64,000 nucleotides of DNA from an uncultured Verrucomicrobiae bacterium (GTDB taxonomy: Bacteria; Verrucomicrobiota; Verrucomicrobiia; Limisphaerales; Palsa-1400), in assembly GCA_963813995.1 (NCBI GenBank), contig CAWFAZ010000079.1, forward strand, positions 23,236-87,235, read 5' to 3'. Positions 28,293-33,414 of this stretch are shown piece after piece (the first letter of the stretch is position 1; every line of letters starts with the position of its first letter). The notes beneath the pieces are model-generated. The model did no database searches. It had not been told where the DNA came from and saw nothing but the letters and a program-made list of their open reading frames with translations. Position numbers and translations under genes: made by a program.

Positions 28293-29003
28293 ATGAAATC
28301 TTTGATTATGCTCGCAACAACGCTGGCGGCTTCCACCACCCTCCTGGCGGCGGATTCCACCGGCAAAGACAACGTGAAAAGCGCCGCGCAAAAACTCGCG
28401 GCGGCGGATAATTACAGTTGGACCACAACGACGGAAAGCCCGCAGTTCAGCCCCGGCCCCAGTCACGGCAAGACGGAGAAGGGCGGCTATACTTATGTCG
28501 ATTTCTCGATGCAGGACAATACCATCGAGGCGGTCACCAAGGACGGCAAGGGGGCGATTAAAACCGAGGACGGCTGGCAATCGCTGGCGGATGCCGCCAA
28601 GGACAACGGAGAGGGCGGGTTCAATCCGCGCATGTTCATGGCGCGGCGCATGCAGAACTACAAAGCGCCCGCTGTGGATGCGGAGGATCTCGCCGGCAAG
28701 GCGAAAGACCTGGCCAAAACCGATAACGTCTATTCAGGCGACCTGACAGAGGAAGGCGCCAAGAGTCTGATGACCTTCGGCAGACGCGGCGGCGGCCAGG
28801 CTCCCGCGATCAAGAACGCCAAAGGCTCGGTCAAGTTCTGGATTAAGGAGGGCGCGCTGACCAAGTACCAATTCAAGGTGCAGGGCACTGTGAACCGCAA
28901 CGGCGAGGACATGGACATCGACCGCACAACCACGGTGGAGATCAAGGACGTGGGCGCGACCAAAATCACCGTGCCGGAAGAGGCGAAGAAGAAAATATCT
29001 TAG
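28293..29003 (+). CDS. Secreted hypothetical protein
   Basis: Internal ATG gives the signal peptide MKSLIMLATTLAASTTLLAA. The protein is Lys/Asp-rich and soluble. Confidence 0.55.
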   Translation: MKSLIMLATTLAASTTLLAADSTGKDNVKSAAQKLAAADNYSWTTTTESPQFSPGPSHGKTEKGGYTYVDFSMQDNTIEAVTKDGKGAIKTEDGWQSLADAAKDNGEGGFNPRMFMARRMQNYKAPAVDAEDLAGKAKDLAKTDNVYSGDLTEEGAKSLMTFGRRGGGQAPAIKNAKGSVKFWIKEGALTKYQFKVQGTVNRNGEDMDIDRTTTVEIKDVGATKITVPEEAKKKIS

Positions 29004-29075
29004 CGGATCCGGTTTCCTGTTTTTTCGGGCTTGCAATTCAATGGGATTGGCTTAATTTTGCGGGGTTTTAAGGAA

Positions 29076-29152
29076 GCGAGCGTAGCTCAGCCTGGTAGAG
29101 CATCACGTTGCCAACGTGAGTGTCGAGGGTTCGAATCCCTTCGCTCGCTCCA
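29076..29152 (+). tRNA. tRNA-Gly (GCC), canonical, CCA encoded
   Basis: gcgagcgTAGCTCAGCCTGGTAGAGCatcacgtTGCCAAcgtgagtgtcgaGGGTTCGAATCCCttcgctcgcTCCA. It has a standard D-loop GG and a standard TTCGAAT T-loop. Confidence 0.95.
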
Positions 29153-29284
29153 TCTCCATCAACGGCCCCGTCTTTCGACGGGAATTCGTCCAAGACAACC
29201 GCAATTCTTCCGCCATCATCCGAGGCGAAATAATTTTTTGAAATATTTCTTGCATGTAACCGATGGCTTGTGCTATCGTCTTAC

Positions 29285-29517
29285 AAGTTCGATGAAAACT
29301 TGCTTGAACATATCAGCCACGAGTTGGCCGACGATGACGGTCGCAAAAGCGACACGTCATAGCCGGATTACCCGGGGCTATGTGTTTAGCCTTGGACTAT
29401 CCCTGGCGCCAATCGGGCAACGGCCCGAAGGTAATTCGGATAGACCCGGTGTAAGCAGGTAACGAATCGAAAGAGAATTTCTTCACCCTGCTTACCGCGT
29501 GTAAGCAGGGTTTTTTA
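29285..29517 (+). ncRNA. Structured leader or small RNA with mutually exclusive terminator/antiterminator
   Basis: A possible promoter (ttgcat-18 nt-tatcgt) lies near 29252-29281. Several local hairpins are present, for example atgacg-gtcgcaaaagcgac-a-cgtcat. An identical 11-mer gtgtaagcagg occurs at 29449-29459 and 29499-29509, and both copies can pair with cctgcttac at 29487-29495. Family unknown. Confidence 0.4.
29486..29517 (+). terminator. Rho-independent terminator
   Basis: ccctgcttac-cgcgt-gtaagcaggg followed by tttttt. Confidence 0.75.
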
Positions 29518-29520
29518 TTT

Positions 29521-29863
29521 TCCCTGTATAACTGAGACGAGAATGGCGGATAACGAAAGATGAACAGTCTGTGAACAAGAATAGCGCGACATCCAGGTGA
29601 TGTCTTCTGGCGACAAACTGAATTTGGCGAGGACGAGCAGAGAAGCCTCACCGGTGGGGTCTGCCCACAGCCGGAAGACAGAGCCGCCAGGACGATCCAG
29701 ACGAATTTTGCATTTACATTTTAAGGGCTTCGCAGGAGGTGTGCCCCCAAACACCGAAACAGCCGCCGTGAAACCGCGGGTTGGTATCGCAAGATAGCAA
29801 GAGGTGTTTGTTCTTTGTTGAAATGGCATGGGCCGGAAGCGTGGCAACGCTTCCGGCCCTTTT
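29521..29863 (+). ncRNA. Second non-coding stretch ending in a strong hairpin-T tract. Function unknown.
   Basis: There is no credible ORF on either strand. It ends with a 12-bp GC-rich hairpin plus tttt. I could not match it to SRP, 6S, tmRNA or RNase P. Confidence 0.3.
29830..29863 (+). terminator. Rho-independent terminator-like hairpin 7 nt upstream of the first tRNA-like unit
   Basis: gggccggaagcg-tggcaa-cgcttccggccc followed by tttt. Confidence 0.7.
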
Positions 29864-29869
29864 ACTTTC

Positions 29870-29943
29870 GCGGCTGTGATTTAACAGCAGAATGCCTCCC
29901 TGCCAGGGAGGACGCCCGGGCGCAACCCCCGGCAGCCGCACCA
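29870..29943 (+). tRNA. tRNA-like unit 1, anticodon GCC (Gly), non-canonical T-loop CGCAACC
   Basis: Acceptor gcggctg/cagccgc; 3-bp D stem att/aat with loop taacagcag; anticodon arm cctcc-cuGCCag-ggagg (GCC at 29902-29904); T arm ccggg-cgcaacc-cccgg; A73; CCA encoded. Confidence 0.7.
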
Positions 29944-29952
29944 ATTCTTGAC

Positions 29953-30024
29953 AGGCTGCGCGTCAGCATGCGGCAGAGTTTCCAAAACTCAGCCCACTCC
30001 GGGTGGCACGGAGGCAGCCTGCCA
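29953..30024 (+). tRNA. tRNA-like unit 2, anticodon CCA (Trp), T-loop GGUGGCA
   Basis: Acceptor aggctgc/gcagcct (A1-U72) with G73, as in bacterial tRNA-Trp; anticodon loop ttCCAaa (29982-29984) on a 4-bp stem; T arm ctccg-ggtggca-cggag; CCA encoded. Confidence 0.6.
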
Positions 30025-30033
30025 ATTTTTTAC

Positions 30034-30108
30034 GGGGTCGTGGCAGACAAGCAATGCACTTGCCCTGCAAGCAAGCCGATGTGGGAGCGTTACCCACCGA
30101 CTCCACCA
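30034..30108 (+). tRNA. tRNA-like unit 3, anticodon UGC (Ala), T-loop AGCGUUA, C33
   Basis: Acceptor ggggtcg/cgactcc containing G3-U70 (30036/30102) plus A73, the Ala identity set; anticodon arm cttgc-ccUGCaa-gcaag (30066-30068); T arm gtggg-agcgtta-cccac; CCA encoded. Confidence 0.7.
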
Positions 30109-30114
30109 TTTCAC

Positions 30115-30187
30115 TGCGGGGAGAATGAGATTCAGGCGAGCCTCATAAGCTCAGCCTTCGTGGGTGCAACTCCCGCCCCCGCTACCA
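30115..30187 (+). tRNA. tRNA-like unit 4, anticodon CAU (Met/Ile2), weakest fold
   Basis: Anticodon loop ctCATaa (30144-30146); T arm gtggg-tgcaact-cccgc; acceptor tgcgggg/ccccgct with a U1-U72 mismatch; unusual D arm gaat-gag-attc; A73 and CCA. Confidence 0.4.
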
Positions 30188-30203
30188 ATTTAAGGTTCAA
30201 AAT

Positions 30204-30279
30204 GCTGCCGTGGCCGAACACATGAGGCATCCGTCTTCTAAACGGAACGATGCAGGTGGAATTCCTGCCGGCAGTGCCA
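30204..30279 (+). tRNA. tRNA-like unit 5, anticodon UCU (Arg), T-loop UGGAAUU
   Basis: Acceptor gctgccg/cggcagt; D stem gcc/ggc; anticodon arm tccgt-ctTCTaa-acgga (30237-30239); T arm gcagg-tggaatt-cctgc; G73; CCA. Confidence 0.7.
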
Positions 30280-30280
30280 T

Positions 30281-30354
30281 TGCCAGGTGGTGTCAAAGTA
30301 GCACGGCGGCCTGTTAAGCCGCTTGTCTTGGTGCGAGTCCAAGTCTGGCAGCCA
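30281..30354 (+). tRNA. tRNA-like unit 6, anticodon GUU (Asn), T-loop UGCGAGU
   Basis: Acceptor tgccagg/tctggca (U1-A72) with G73, as in E. coli tRNA-Asn; D stem gtg/cac; anticodon arm gcggc-ctGTTaa-gccgc (30313-30315); T arm cttgg-tgcgagt-ccaag; CCA. Confidence 0.7.
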
Positions 30355-30361
30355 ATTTCAC

Positions 30362-30452
30362 GGAAGGCAGGCAGATACAAGCTGGCTGCACCTGTCCCGA
30401 AAACAGGATCGGCTCAAACCCGAGGTCGGAGCGTTACCGACGCCTTCCGCCA
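30362..30452 (+). tRNA. tRNA-like unit 7, class II, anticodon CGA (Ser), T-loop AGCGUUA, C33
   Basis: Acceptor ggaaggc/gccttcc; 4-bp D stem gcag/ctgc; anticodon arm cctgt-ccCGAaa-acagg (30398-30400); long variable arm tcgg-ctcaaac-ccga (30409-30423); T arm gtcgg-agcgtta-ccgac; G73; CCA. Confidence 0.7.
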
Positions 30453-30481
30453 ATTCCAAACCCATAACGAAAGGAAACCCC

Positions 30482-30637
30482 ATGAAATCCATTGTTCGCC
30501 ATCAAAGCCAGTTGCTCTTTCGCAAGAGCTACAAACCAAAGCGTGCCATTCGAATCCGGCCGCTGCCGCGGCTGAATATTGTGTTCCGCCCCGTGAACCG
30601 GTTTGGCGTGAAGCCGCAATTGACAATCGTCTCGTAG
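30482..30637 (+). CDS. Possible small, very basic protein (51 aa) inside the tRNA-like array
   Basis: aaaggaaacccc ATG (Shine-Dalgarno-like). MKSIVRHQSQLLFRKSYKPKRAIRIRPLPRLNIVFRPVNRFGVKPQLTIVS. Its last three sense codons and stop (tag at 30635-30637) overlap the first 10 nt of unit 8 (30628-30637). No family recognised. Confidence 0.3.
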   Translation: MKSIVRHQSQLLFRKSYKPKRAIRIRPLPRLNIVFRPVNRFGVKPQLTIVS

Positions 30638-30698
30638 CTCAAGAGCAGAGCGCCCGGCTGATAACCGGAAGACCGCGGAGCGTTACCGCGCGGGACGA
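30628..30698 (+). tRNA. tRNA-like unit 8, anticodon GAU (Ile), canonical-looking D arm, T-loop AGCGUUA, no CCA
   Basis: Acceptor cgtctcg/cgggacg; ta-gctc-aagagca-gagc; anticodon loop ctGATaa (30660-30662); T arm cgcgg-agcgtta-ccgcg; A73 followed by tcc. Confidence 0.65.
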
Positions 30699-30739
30699 TC
30701 CGTCTTCGCTCTCCGAGCTTCGGCTCGGCGAGCCAAATT
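30699..30739 (+). repeat. Conserved ~40-nt motif, copy 1 (also at 32098-32138 and 33487-33527)
   Basis: tccgtcttcgctctccgagcttcggctcggcgagccaaatt. It can form gctc-t-ccgagc-ttcg-gctcgg-c-gagc. It follows directly after a tRNA-like 3' end. Confidence 0.7.
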
Positions 30740-30814
30740 CCCCGGGTAGCTGAGGCAGATTAGCGCCTCCCTGAAGAGGAGGAGACGTTGGCGCGATACC
30801 AACCCCGGGGGCCA
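30740..30814 (+). tRNA. tRNA-like unit 9, anticodon GAA (Phe), T-loop CGCGAUA
   Basis: Acceptor ccccggg/cccgggg; ta-gctg-aggcagat-tagc; anticodon arm cctcc-ctGAAga-ggagg (30773-30775); T arm gttgg-cgcgata-ccaac; G73; CCA. Confidence 0.7.
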
Positions 30815-30818
30815 TTTT

Positions 30819-31256
30819 AAATGCAGAGTTTGGAGTGGGGAGTGTAGAATGCTTAATCCGGCGGATTCCGACGGGCGGTGTTGATCGAAGAAACGGCGAT
30901 GGCGACCAACTCATTGGCCTCTCGCAGCAACGCTCCAGCCTGATGGAGCGTGGTTTTGTCGGAGTCAATCAACAATTCCATCCAAAAGGCGGACTCGTCG
31001 GCTTCTTCCAGAACCAAACCCATTTTGGCAATGAAGTCGGCTTTTGATCTTGCGCGGCAAACCGCCCGATAATTGGCGCCAACCGACGTGCCGGAACGCA
31101 ACAATTGCCGACCCAACGTTTTGCAAGTTTCCGTGGTCGGAAGGCATTCGACAAAGCGAATCACGTCCAGTGCGAATTGCCGTGTCCGATTCTGAAGGTC
31201 TTGGTGTTTCATAATAATTTCGGCATTCTGCACTTTGCACTTATAACTCTCAACTT
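30819..31256. repeat. Long imperfect inverted repeat (about 34-nt arms) enclosing the four-helix-bundle ORF: an IVS-like stem
   Basis: Left arm aaatgcagagtttggagtggggagtgtagaatgc (30819-30852) pairs with right arm gcattctgcactttgcacttataactctcaactt (31223-31256), about 27 of 34 positions including G-U pairs. Confidence 0.75.
30853..31212 (-). CDS. Four-helix-bundle protein (23S rRNA intervening-sequence protein family)
   Basis: MKHQDLQNRTRQFALDVIRFVECLP...GRQLLRSGTSVGANYRAVCRARSKADFIAKMGLVLEEADESAFWMELL is the hallmark of the family. The ORF could start at 31233. Confidence 0.85.
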   Translation of the reverse strand: MKHQDLQNRTRQFALDVIRFVECLPTTETCKTLGRQLLRSGTSVGANYRAVCRARSKADFIAKMGLVLEEADESAFWMELLIDSDKTTLHQAGALLREANELVAIAVSSINTARRNPPD

Positions 31257-31262
31257 CTTCCC

Positions 31263-31340
31263 GCTCTCAAAGTGTAATCAGATCTGCACGCCGCCCTGCG
31301 AAGGCGGAGGTTCGTGGTGCAAATCCACGTGAGAGCGCCA
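31263..31340 (+). tRNA. tRNA-like unit 10, anticodon GCG (Arg), T-loop UGCAAAU
   Basis: Acceptor gctctca/tgagagc; D stem gtg/cac; anticodon arm ccgcc-ctGCGaa-ggcgg (31298-31300); T arm cgtgg-tgcaaat-ccacg; G73; CCA. Confidence 0.7.
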
Positions 31341-31345
31341 CTTTT

Positions 31346-31442
31346 AAGTGCAGAGTGCTGAGTGCAAAATGCAGAGTGAAGAGTGGAAGGACGCGAACAT
31401 GCCGCTTTTCACTCTGCACTTTGAATTCACAACTTTGCACTT
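31346..31442. repeat. Empty copy of the purine/pyrimidine long hairpin (no ORF inside)
   Basis: aagtgcagagtgctgagtgcaaaatgcagagtgaagag ... cttttcactctgcactttgaattcacaactttgcactt. It uses the same sequence vocabulary as the arms around the four-helix ORF. Confidence 0.7.
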
Positions 31443-31449
31443 TTGCAAT

Positions 31450-31524
31450 GGTGATCATGATGTAACAGCAGCATCACGCCCCGTGACGGCGTTTGTGCCG
31501 GTGCAAATCCGGTTGGTCACCCCA
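31450..31524 (+). tRNA. tRNA-like unit 11, anticodon GUG (His) with G-1 and C73, T-loop UGCAAAU, C33
   Basis: g(-1) at 31450; acceptor gtgatca/tggtcac; D stem atg/cat with loop taacagcag; anticodon arm acgcc-ccGTGac-ggcgt (31483-31485); T arm gccgg-tgcaaat-ccggt; C73; CCA. Confidence 0.7.
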
Positions 31525-31536
31525 ATTCCTCATGGA

Positions 31537-31611
31537 ATCCCGTTGGCCGAGCAGCGCAGGCGGCGGTCTGCAGAACCGCAAAGGCTGGTGCAACTCCAGC
31601 ACGGGATTCCA
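31537..31611 (+). tRNA. tRNA-like unit 12, anticodon GCA (Cys) with U73, T-loop UGCAACU
   Basis: Acceptor atcccgt/acgggat; D stem gcc/ggc; anticodon arm gcggt-ctGCAga-accgc (31570-31572); T arm gctgg-tgcaact-ccagc; discriminator U (the Cys identity element); CCA. Confidence 0.7.
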
Positions 31612-31634
31612 ATTTCGCCGAACCAGCCGGAGGA

Positions 31635-32054
31635 TCACGAGTCGCCCATCACCGTGACCGCAATCGTGCGCCGGCGCGGTTTGATGTCGCACTCAAGATG
31701 AAAGATTTGCTGCCATGTGCCCAGCACGGGTTTGCGATCTTTGACTGGCACCGTGAGCGAAGGGCCCAGCATCGTCGCCTGCAAATGCGAATGGCCGTTG
31801 CCATCATGCCAGGCGTGTTCGTGGCCGTAGTCCCGACTGGGCGGAAACAGCTTGTCCAATATATTGGGCAGGTCTTCCTGAAGACCCGGCTCGAATTCAA
31901 TGGTGCCAATCGCGGCGGTGCTGCCGACGTTGAAAATATGCACAACGCCGGACCGCACGCCTGATGCGTTCACGATCCGGGCCACCTCGTCGGTGAGGTC
32001 GTGCATCTCTTTGTGTCCGGTGGTTTGAACCTGGATTTCTCGTTGATAGGTCAT
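31635..32054 (-). CDS. YjbQ-family (secondary thiamine-phosphate synthase-like) protein, antisense to the array
   Basis: ATG at 32054. MTYQREIQVQTTGHKEMHDLTDEVARIV...GVVHIFNVGSTAAIGTIEFEPGLQEDL...HEHAWHDGNGHSHLQATMLGPSLTVPV matches the YjbQ/UPF0047 pattern. Confidence 0.85.
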   Translation of the reverse strand: MTYQREIQVQTTGHKEMHDLTDEVARIVNASGVRSGVVHIFNVGSTAAIGTIEFEPGLQEDLPNILDKLFPPSRDYGHEHAWHDGNGHSHLQATMLGPSLTVPVKDRKPVLGTWQQIFHLECDIKPRRRTIAVTVMGDS

Positions 32055-32097
32055 GCCGTTGTTTATACCGAAGCTGCCGTCCAAGCGAGGTTTTCCC

Positions 32098-32138
32098 TCC
32101 AGCCTTCGCTCTGCGAGCTGCGGCTCGGCGAGCCATTT
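32098..32138 (+). repeat. Conserved ~40-nt motif, copy 2
   Basis: tccagccttcgctctgcgagctgcggctcggcgagccatttt. Confidence 0.7.
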
Positions 32139-32144
32139 TCCGCG

Positions 32145-32212
32145 ACGCGAATACCGGTGCCGGCCAGGGTTTCACAGACCTGGCTGCGGCGGTTCAACTC
32201 CGCCTTCGTGTC
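32145..32212 (+). tRNA. tRNA-like unit 13, anticodon CAC (Val). The only unit with a canonical T-loop (UUCAACU). No CCA.
   Basis: Acceptor acgcgaa/ttcgtgt, extendable to an 11-bp helix across 32141-32215; short D arm ccg-gtgc-cgg; anticodon loop ttCACag (32173-32175); T arm ggcgg-ttcaact-ccgcc. Confidence 0.5.
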
Positions 32213-32218
32213 GCGTCC

Positions 32219-32295
32219 GGGTTGCAAGCATTGCAGTGATGCAGCCCCGAACGCTTTCGGGGCAGAGCACGGTGCGAATCCGTGGCAACTCACCA
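32219..32295 (+). tRNA. tRNA-like unit 14, anticodon arm aberrant (6-bp stem with 8-nt loop AACGCUUU, or longer stem), T-loop UGCGAAU
   Basis: Acceptor gggttgc/gcaactc; D stem gca/tgc; T arm cacgg-tgcgaat-ccgtg; A73; CCA. The anticodon arm gccccg-aacgcttt-cggggc cannot form a 7-nt loop. Confidence 0.5.
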
Positions 32296-32300
32296 ATTTC

Positions 32301-32400
32301 AAGTGAAGAGTTGAGAGTGACGAATGCAGAATGGAGAGGATGAGAGGTTATCGCGTGCCAGCCGGTTTTTCATTCTGCATTCCGCACTCTGCACTTCTTC
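32301..32400. repeat. Empty copy of the long purine/pyrimidine hairpin
   Basis: aagtgaagagttgagagtgacgaatgcagaatgga ... ttcattctgcattccgcactctgcacttcttc. Confidence 0.7.
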
Positions 32401-32402
32401 CG

Positions 32403-32479
32403 GCTCCCGTAGCTCAAATTATCAGAGTGCGACGCTTCGAACGTCGCGGTTGCAGGTGAGAGTCCTGCCGGGAGTGCCA
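32403..32479 (+). tRNA. tRNA-like unit 15, anticodon UCG (Arg), T-loop UGAGAGU
   Basis: Acceptor gctcccg/cgggagt; ta-gctc-aaattatca-gagt; anticodon arm cgacg-ctTCGaa-cgtcg (32437-32439); T arm gcagg-tgagagt-cctgc; G73; CCA. Confidence 0.7.
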
Positions 32480-32485
32480 ATTCAG

Positions 32486-32562
32486 GCCGCGTTAGCCCAA
32501 CTACCAGAGGCGCTCCGCTCAGGACGGAGAGGTTGGGGGTGGAACTCCCTCACGCGGCACCA
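32486..32562 (+). tRNA. tRNA-like unit 16, anticodon CAG (Leu) but with a short (class I) variable region, T-loop UGGAACU
   Basis: Acceptor gccgcgt/acgcggc; D stem gcc/ggc; anticodon arm ctccg-ctCAGga-cggag (32520-32522); 5-nt variable region; T arm ggggg-tggaact-ccctc; A73; CCA. Confidence 0.65.
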
Positions 32563-32583
32563 TTTGGCGGCCCTGCGCCGGCA

Positions 32584-32655
32584 GCTCCCGTAGCCCAAGG
32601 CAGAGGCGACGGGCTTAAACCCCGTGCAGTGTCAGTGCAAATCTGACCGGGAGCA
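32584..32655 (+). tRNA. tRNA-like unit 17, anticodon UAA (Leu), class I-like, T-loop UGCAAAU, 3' CCG instead of CCA
   Basis: Acceptor gctcccg/cgggagc; ta-gcc-caaggcaga-ggc; anticodon arm acggg-ctTAAac-cccgt (32616-32618); T arm gtcag-tgcaaat-ctgac; A73 followed by ccg. Confidence 0.65.
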
Positions 32656-32663
32656 CCGCTTTC

Positions 32664-32738
32664 GCCCGTGTAGCCCAAGGCAGAGGCCCGAAGCTCAAAC
32701 CTTCGACAGTGCAGGCGCAAGTCCTGCCACGGGCACCA
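32664..32738 (+). tRNA. tRNA-like unit 18, anticodon CAA (Leu), class I-like, T-loop CGCAAGU
   Basis: Acceptor gcccgtg/cacgggc; D arm identical to unit 17; anticodon arm cgaag-ctCAAac-cttcg (32696-32698); T arm gcagg-cgcaagt-cctgc; A73; CCA. Confidence 0.65.
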
Positions 32739-32742
32739 TTTT

Positions 32743-32834
32743 GGAATGTCAACCGGACGAGCGAGCCGGGCCTGTTTGCTAAACAGCGCGCTCCTGGAAA
32801 CGGGAGTGTGGCGCAAGTCCACGGCATTCCGCCA
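32743..32834 (+). tRNA. tRNA-like unit 19, class II, anticodon GCU (Ser), T-loop CGCAAGU
   Basis: Acceptor ggaatgt/gcattcc; 4-bp D stem ccgg/ccgg; anticodon loop ttGCTaa (32778-32780); long variable arm ctcc-tggaaacg-ggag; T arm tgtgg-cgcaagt-ccacg; G73; CCA. Confidence 0.65.
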
Positions 32835-32839
32835 TTTTC

Positions 32840-32931
32840 GCGCGCGTAGCTCAAAGAGAGCCGGCGGCCTTATACCCCGCATCGCACTGGATCAGTGCCG
32901 GGTTCCGGAGCGTTACCGGACGCGCGCACCA
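32840..32931 (+). tRNA. tRNA-like unit 20, class II with 9-nt anticodon loop CCUUAUACC (identity unclear), T-loop AGCGUUA
   Basis: Acceptor gcgcgcg/cgcgcgc; ta-gctc-aaaga-gagc; anticodon stem gcgg/ccgc with loop 32868-32876; 6-bp variable arm gcactg-gat-cagtgc (32884-32898); T arm tccgg-agcgtta-ccgga; A73; CCA. Confidence 0.5.
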
Positions 32932-32936
32932 CTTCC

Positions 32937-33014
32937 GTCCCTGTGGTGTAGTCCAGCCAGCACGCCTGCCTCTCATGCAGGAGATCACCGGAGCAAAGCC
33001 GGTCAGGGACGCCA
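32937..33014 (+). tRNA. tRNA-like unit 21, anticodon CUC (Glu), T-loop AGCAAAG
   Basis: Acceptor gtccctg/cagggac; D stem gtg/cac with loop tagtccagccag; anticodon arm cctgc-ctCTCat-gcagg (32972-32974); T arm accgg-agcaaag-ccggt; G73; CCA. Confidence 0.7.
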
Positions 33015-33020
33015 CTTTTC

Positions 33021-33094
33021 GGCCTGCAAGCATTAAAGTGATGCAACGGTCTTTTAAGCCGTTGAACGGGGAGCGTTACCCCGGCGGGCCACCA
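33021..33094 (+). tRNA. tRNA-like unit 22, anticodon UUU (Lys), T-loop AGCGUUA
   Basis: Acceptor ggcctgc/gcgggcc; D stem gca/tgc; anticodon arm acggt-ctTTTaa-gccgt (33053-33055); T arm cgggg-agcgtta-ccccg; A73; CCA. Confidence 0.7.
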
Positions 33095-33097
33095 GTT

Positions 33098-33343
33098 TTA
33101 AGCAGAGTTTTCGCCAAGGCTCATTGCTGTATTCGACACGGGCATTTCGCCGTAATGGAATCCGGTTTCGTCTTCATAACCAATCGGCACGAGATGATTG
33201 ATGGCCGTGTGCCATATAACCGCGATGCGAGTCCAACTTCCCGGCCGCGCGGCTGGAACGATCAGACCGTCGCCGTTAGACGAGGACACCCATTCGGCTG
33301 GAACGCCTCCATCTGTATGACTGATAGTTGTCATGCTCCACAT
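33098..33343 (-). CDS. Hypothetical small protein antisense to the array
   Basis: 81-aa ORF (MWSMTTISHTDGGVPAEWVSSSNGDGLIVPAARPGSW...). No recognisable family and weak translation signals. Confidence 0.3.
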   Translation of the reverse strand: MWSMTTISHTDGGVPAEWVSSSNGDGLIVPAARPGSWTRIAVIWHTAINHLVPIGYEDETGFHYGEMPVSNTAMSLGENSA

Positions 33344-33414
33344 ATATCGGCTGAAACCAACGCGAGCTTACCATTTTTGTCAATTGATGAGCAATTTTTG
33401 ACCATCCTTTCGGG

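Noticed and set aside
29130-29152. The 3' end of tRNA-Gly (ccttcgctcgctcca) as the att core repeated in the 40-nt motif (ccttcgctc...)
   Set aside because: Only a 9-nt identity is shared, and no integrase is present. That is too short to support an attL/attR interpretation without further evidence.
29285-29863. Known housekeeping RNAs (SRP/4.5S, 6S, tmRNA, RNase P) or a named riboswitch class in the leader region
   Set aside because: I could not find the diagnostic conserved cores: the SRP GGAA/AGCA helix 8, the RNase P GAGGAAAGUCC, a tmRNA tag ORF with tRNA-like ends, or the B12, TPP, SAM, ZTP or GEMM boxes. A partial resemblance of gccGGAAgac to SRP helix 8 is too weak. The region is left as unknown.
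32141-32215. Unit 13 as a selenocysteine tRNA (long 11-bp terminal helix, short 4-nt D-loop)
   Set aside because: No register of the anticodon arm presents UCA in a closed 7-nt loop. The only consistent loop gives CAC. There is no long variable arm, and no selA/selB/selD genes are nearby.
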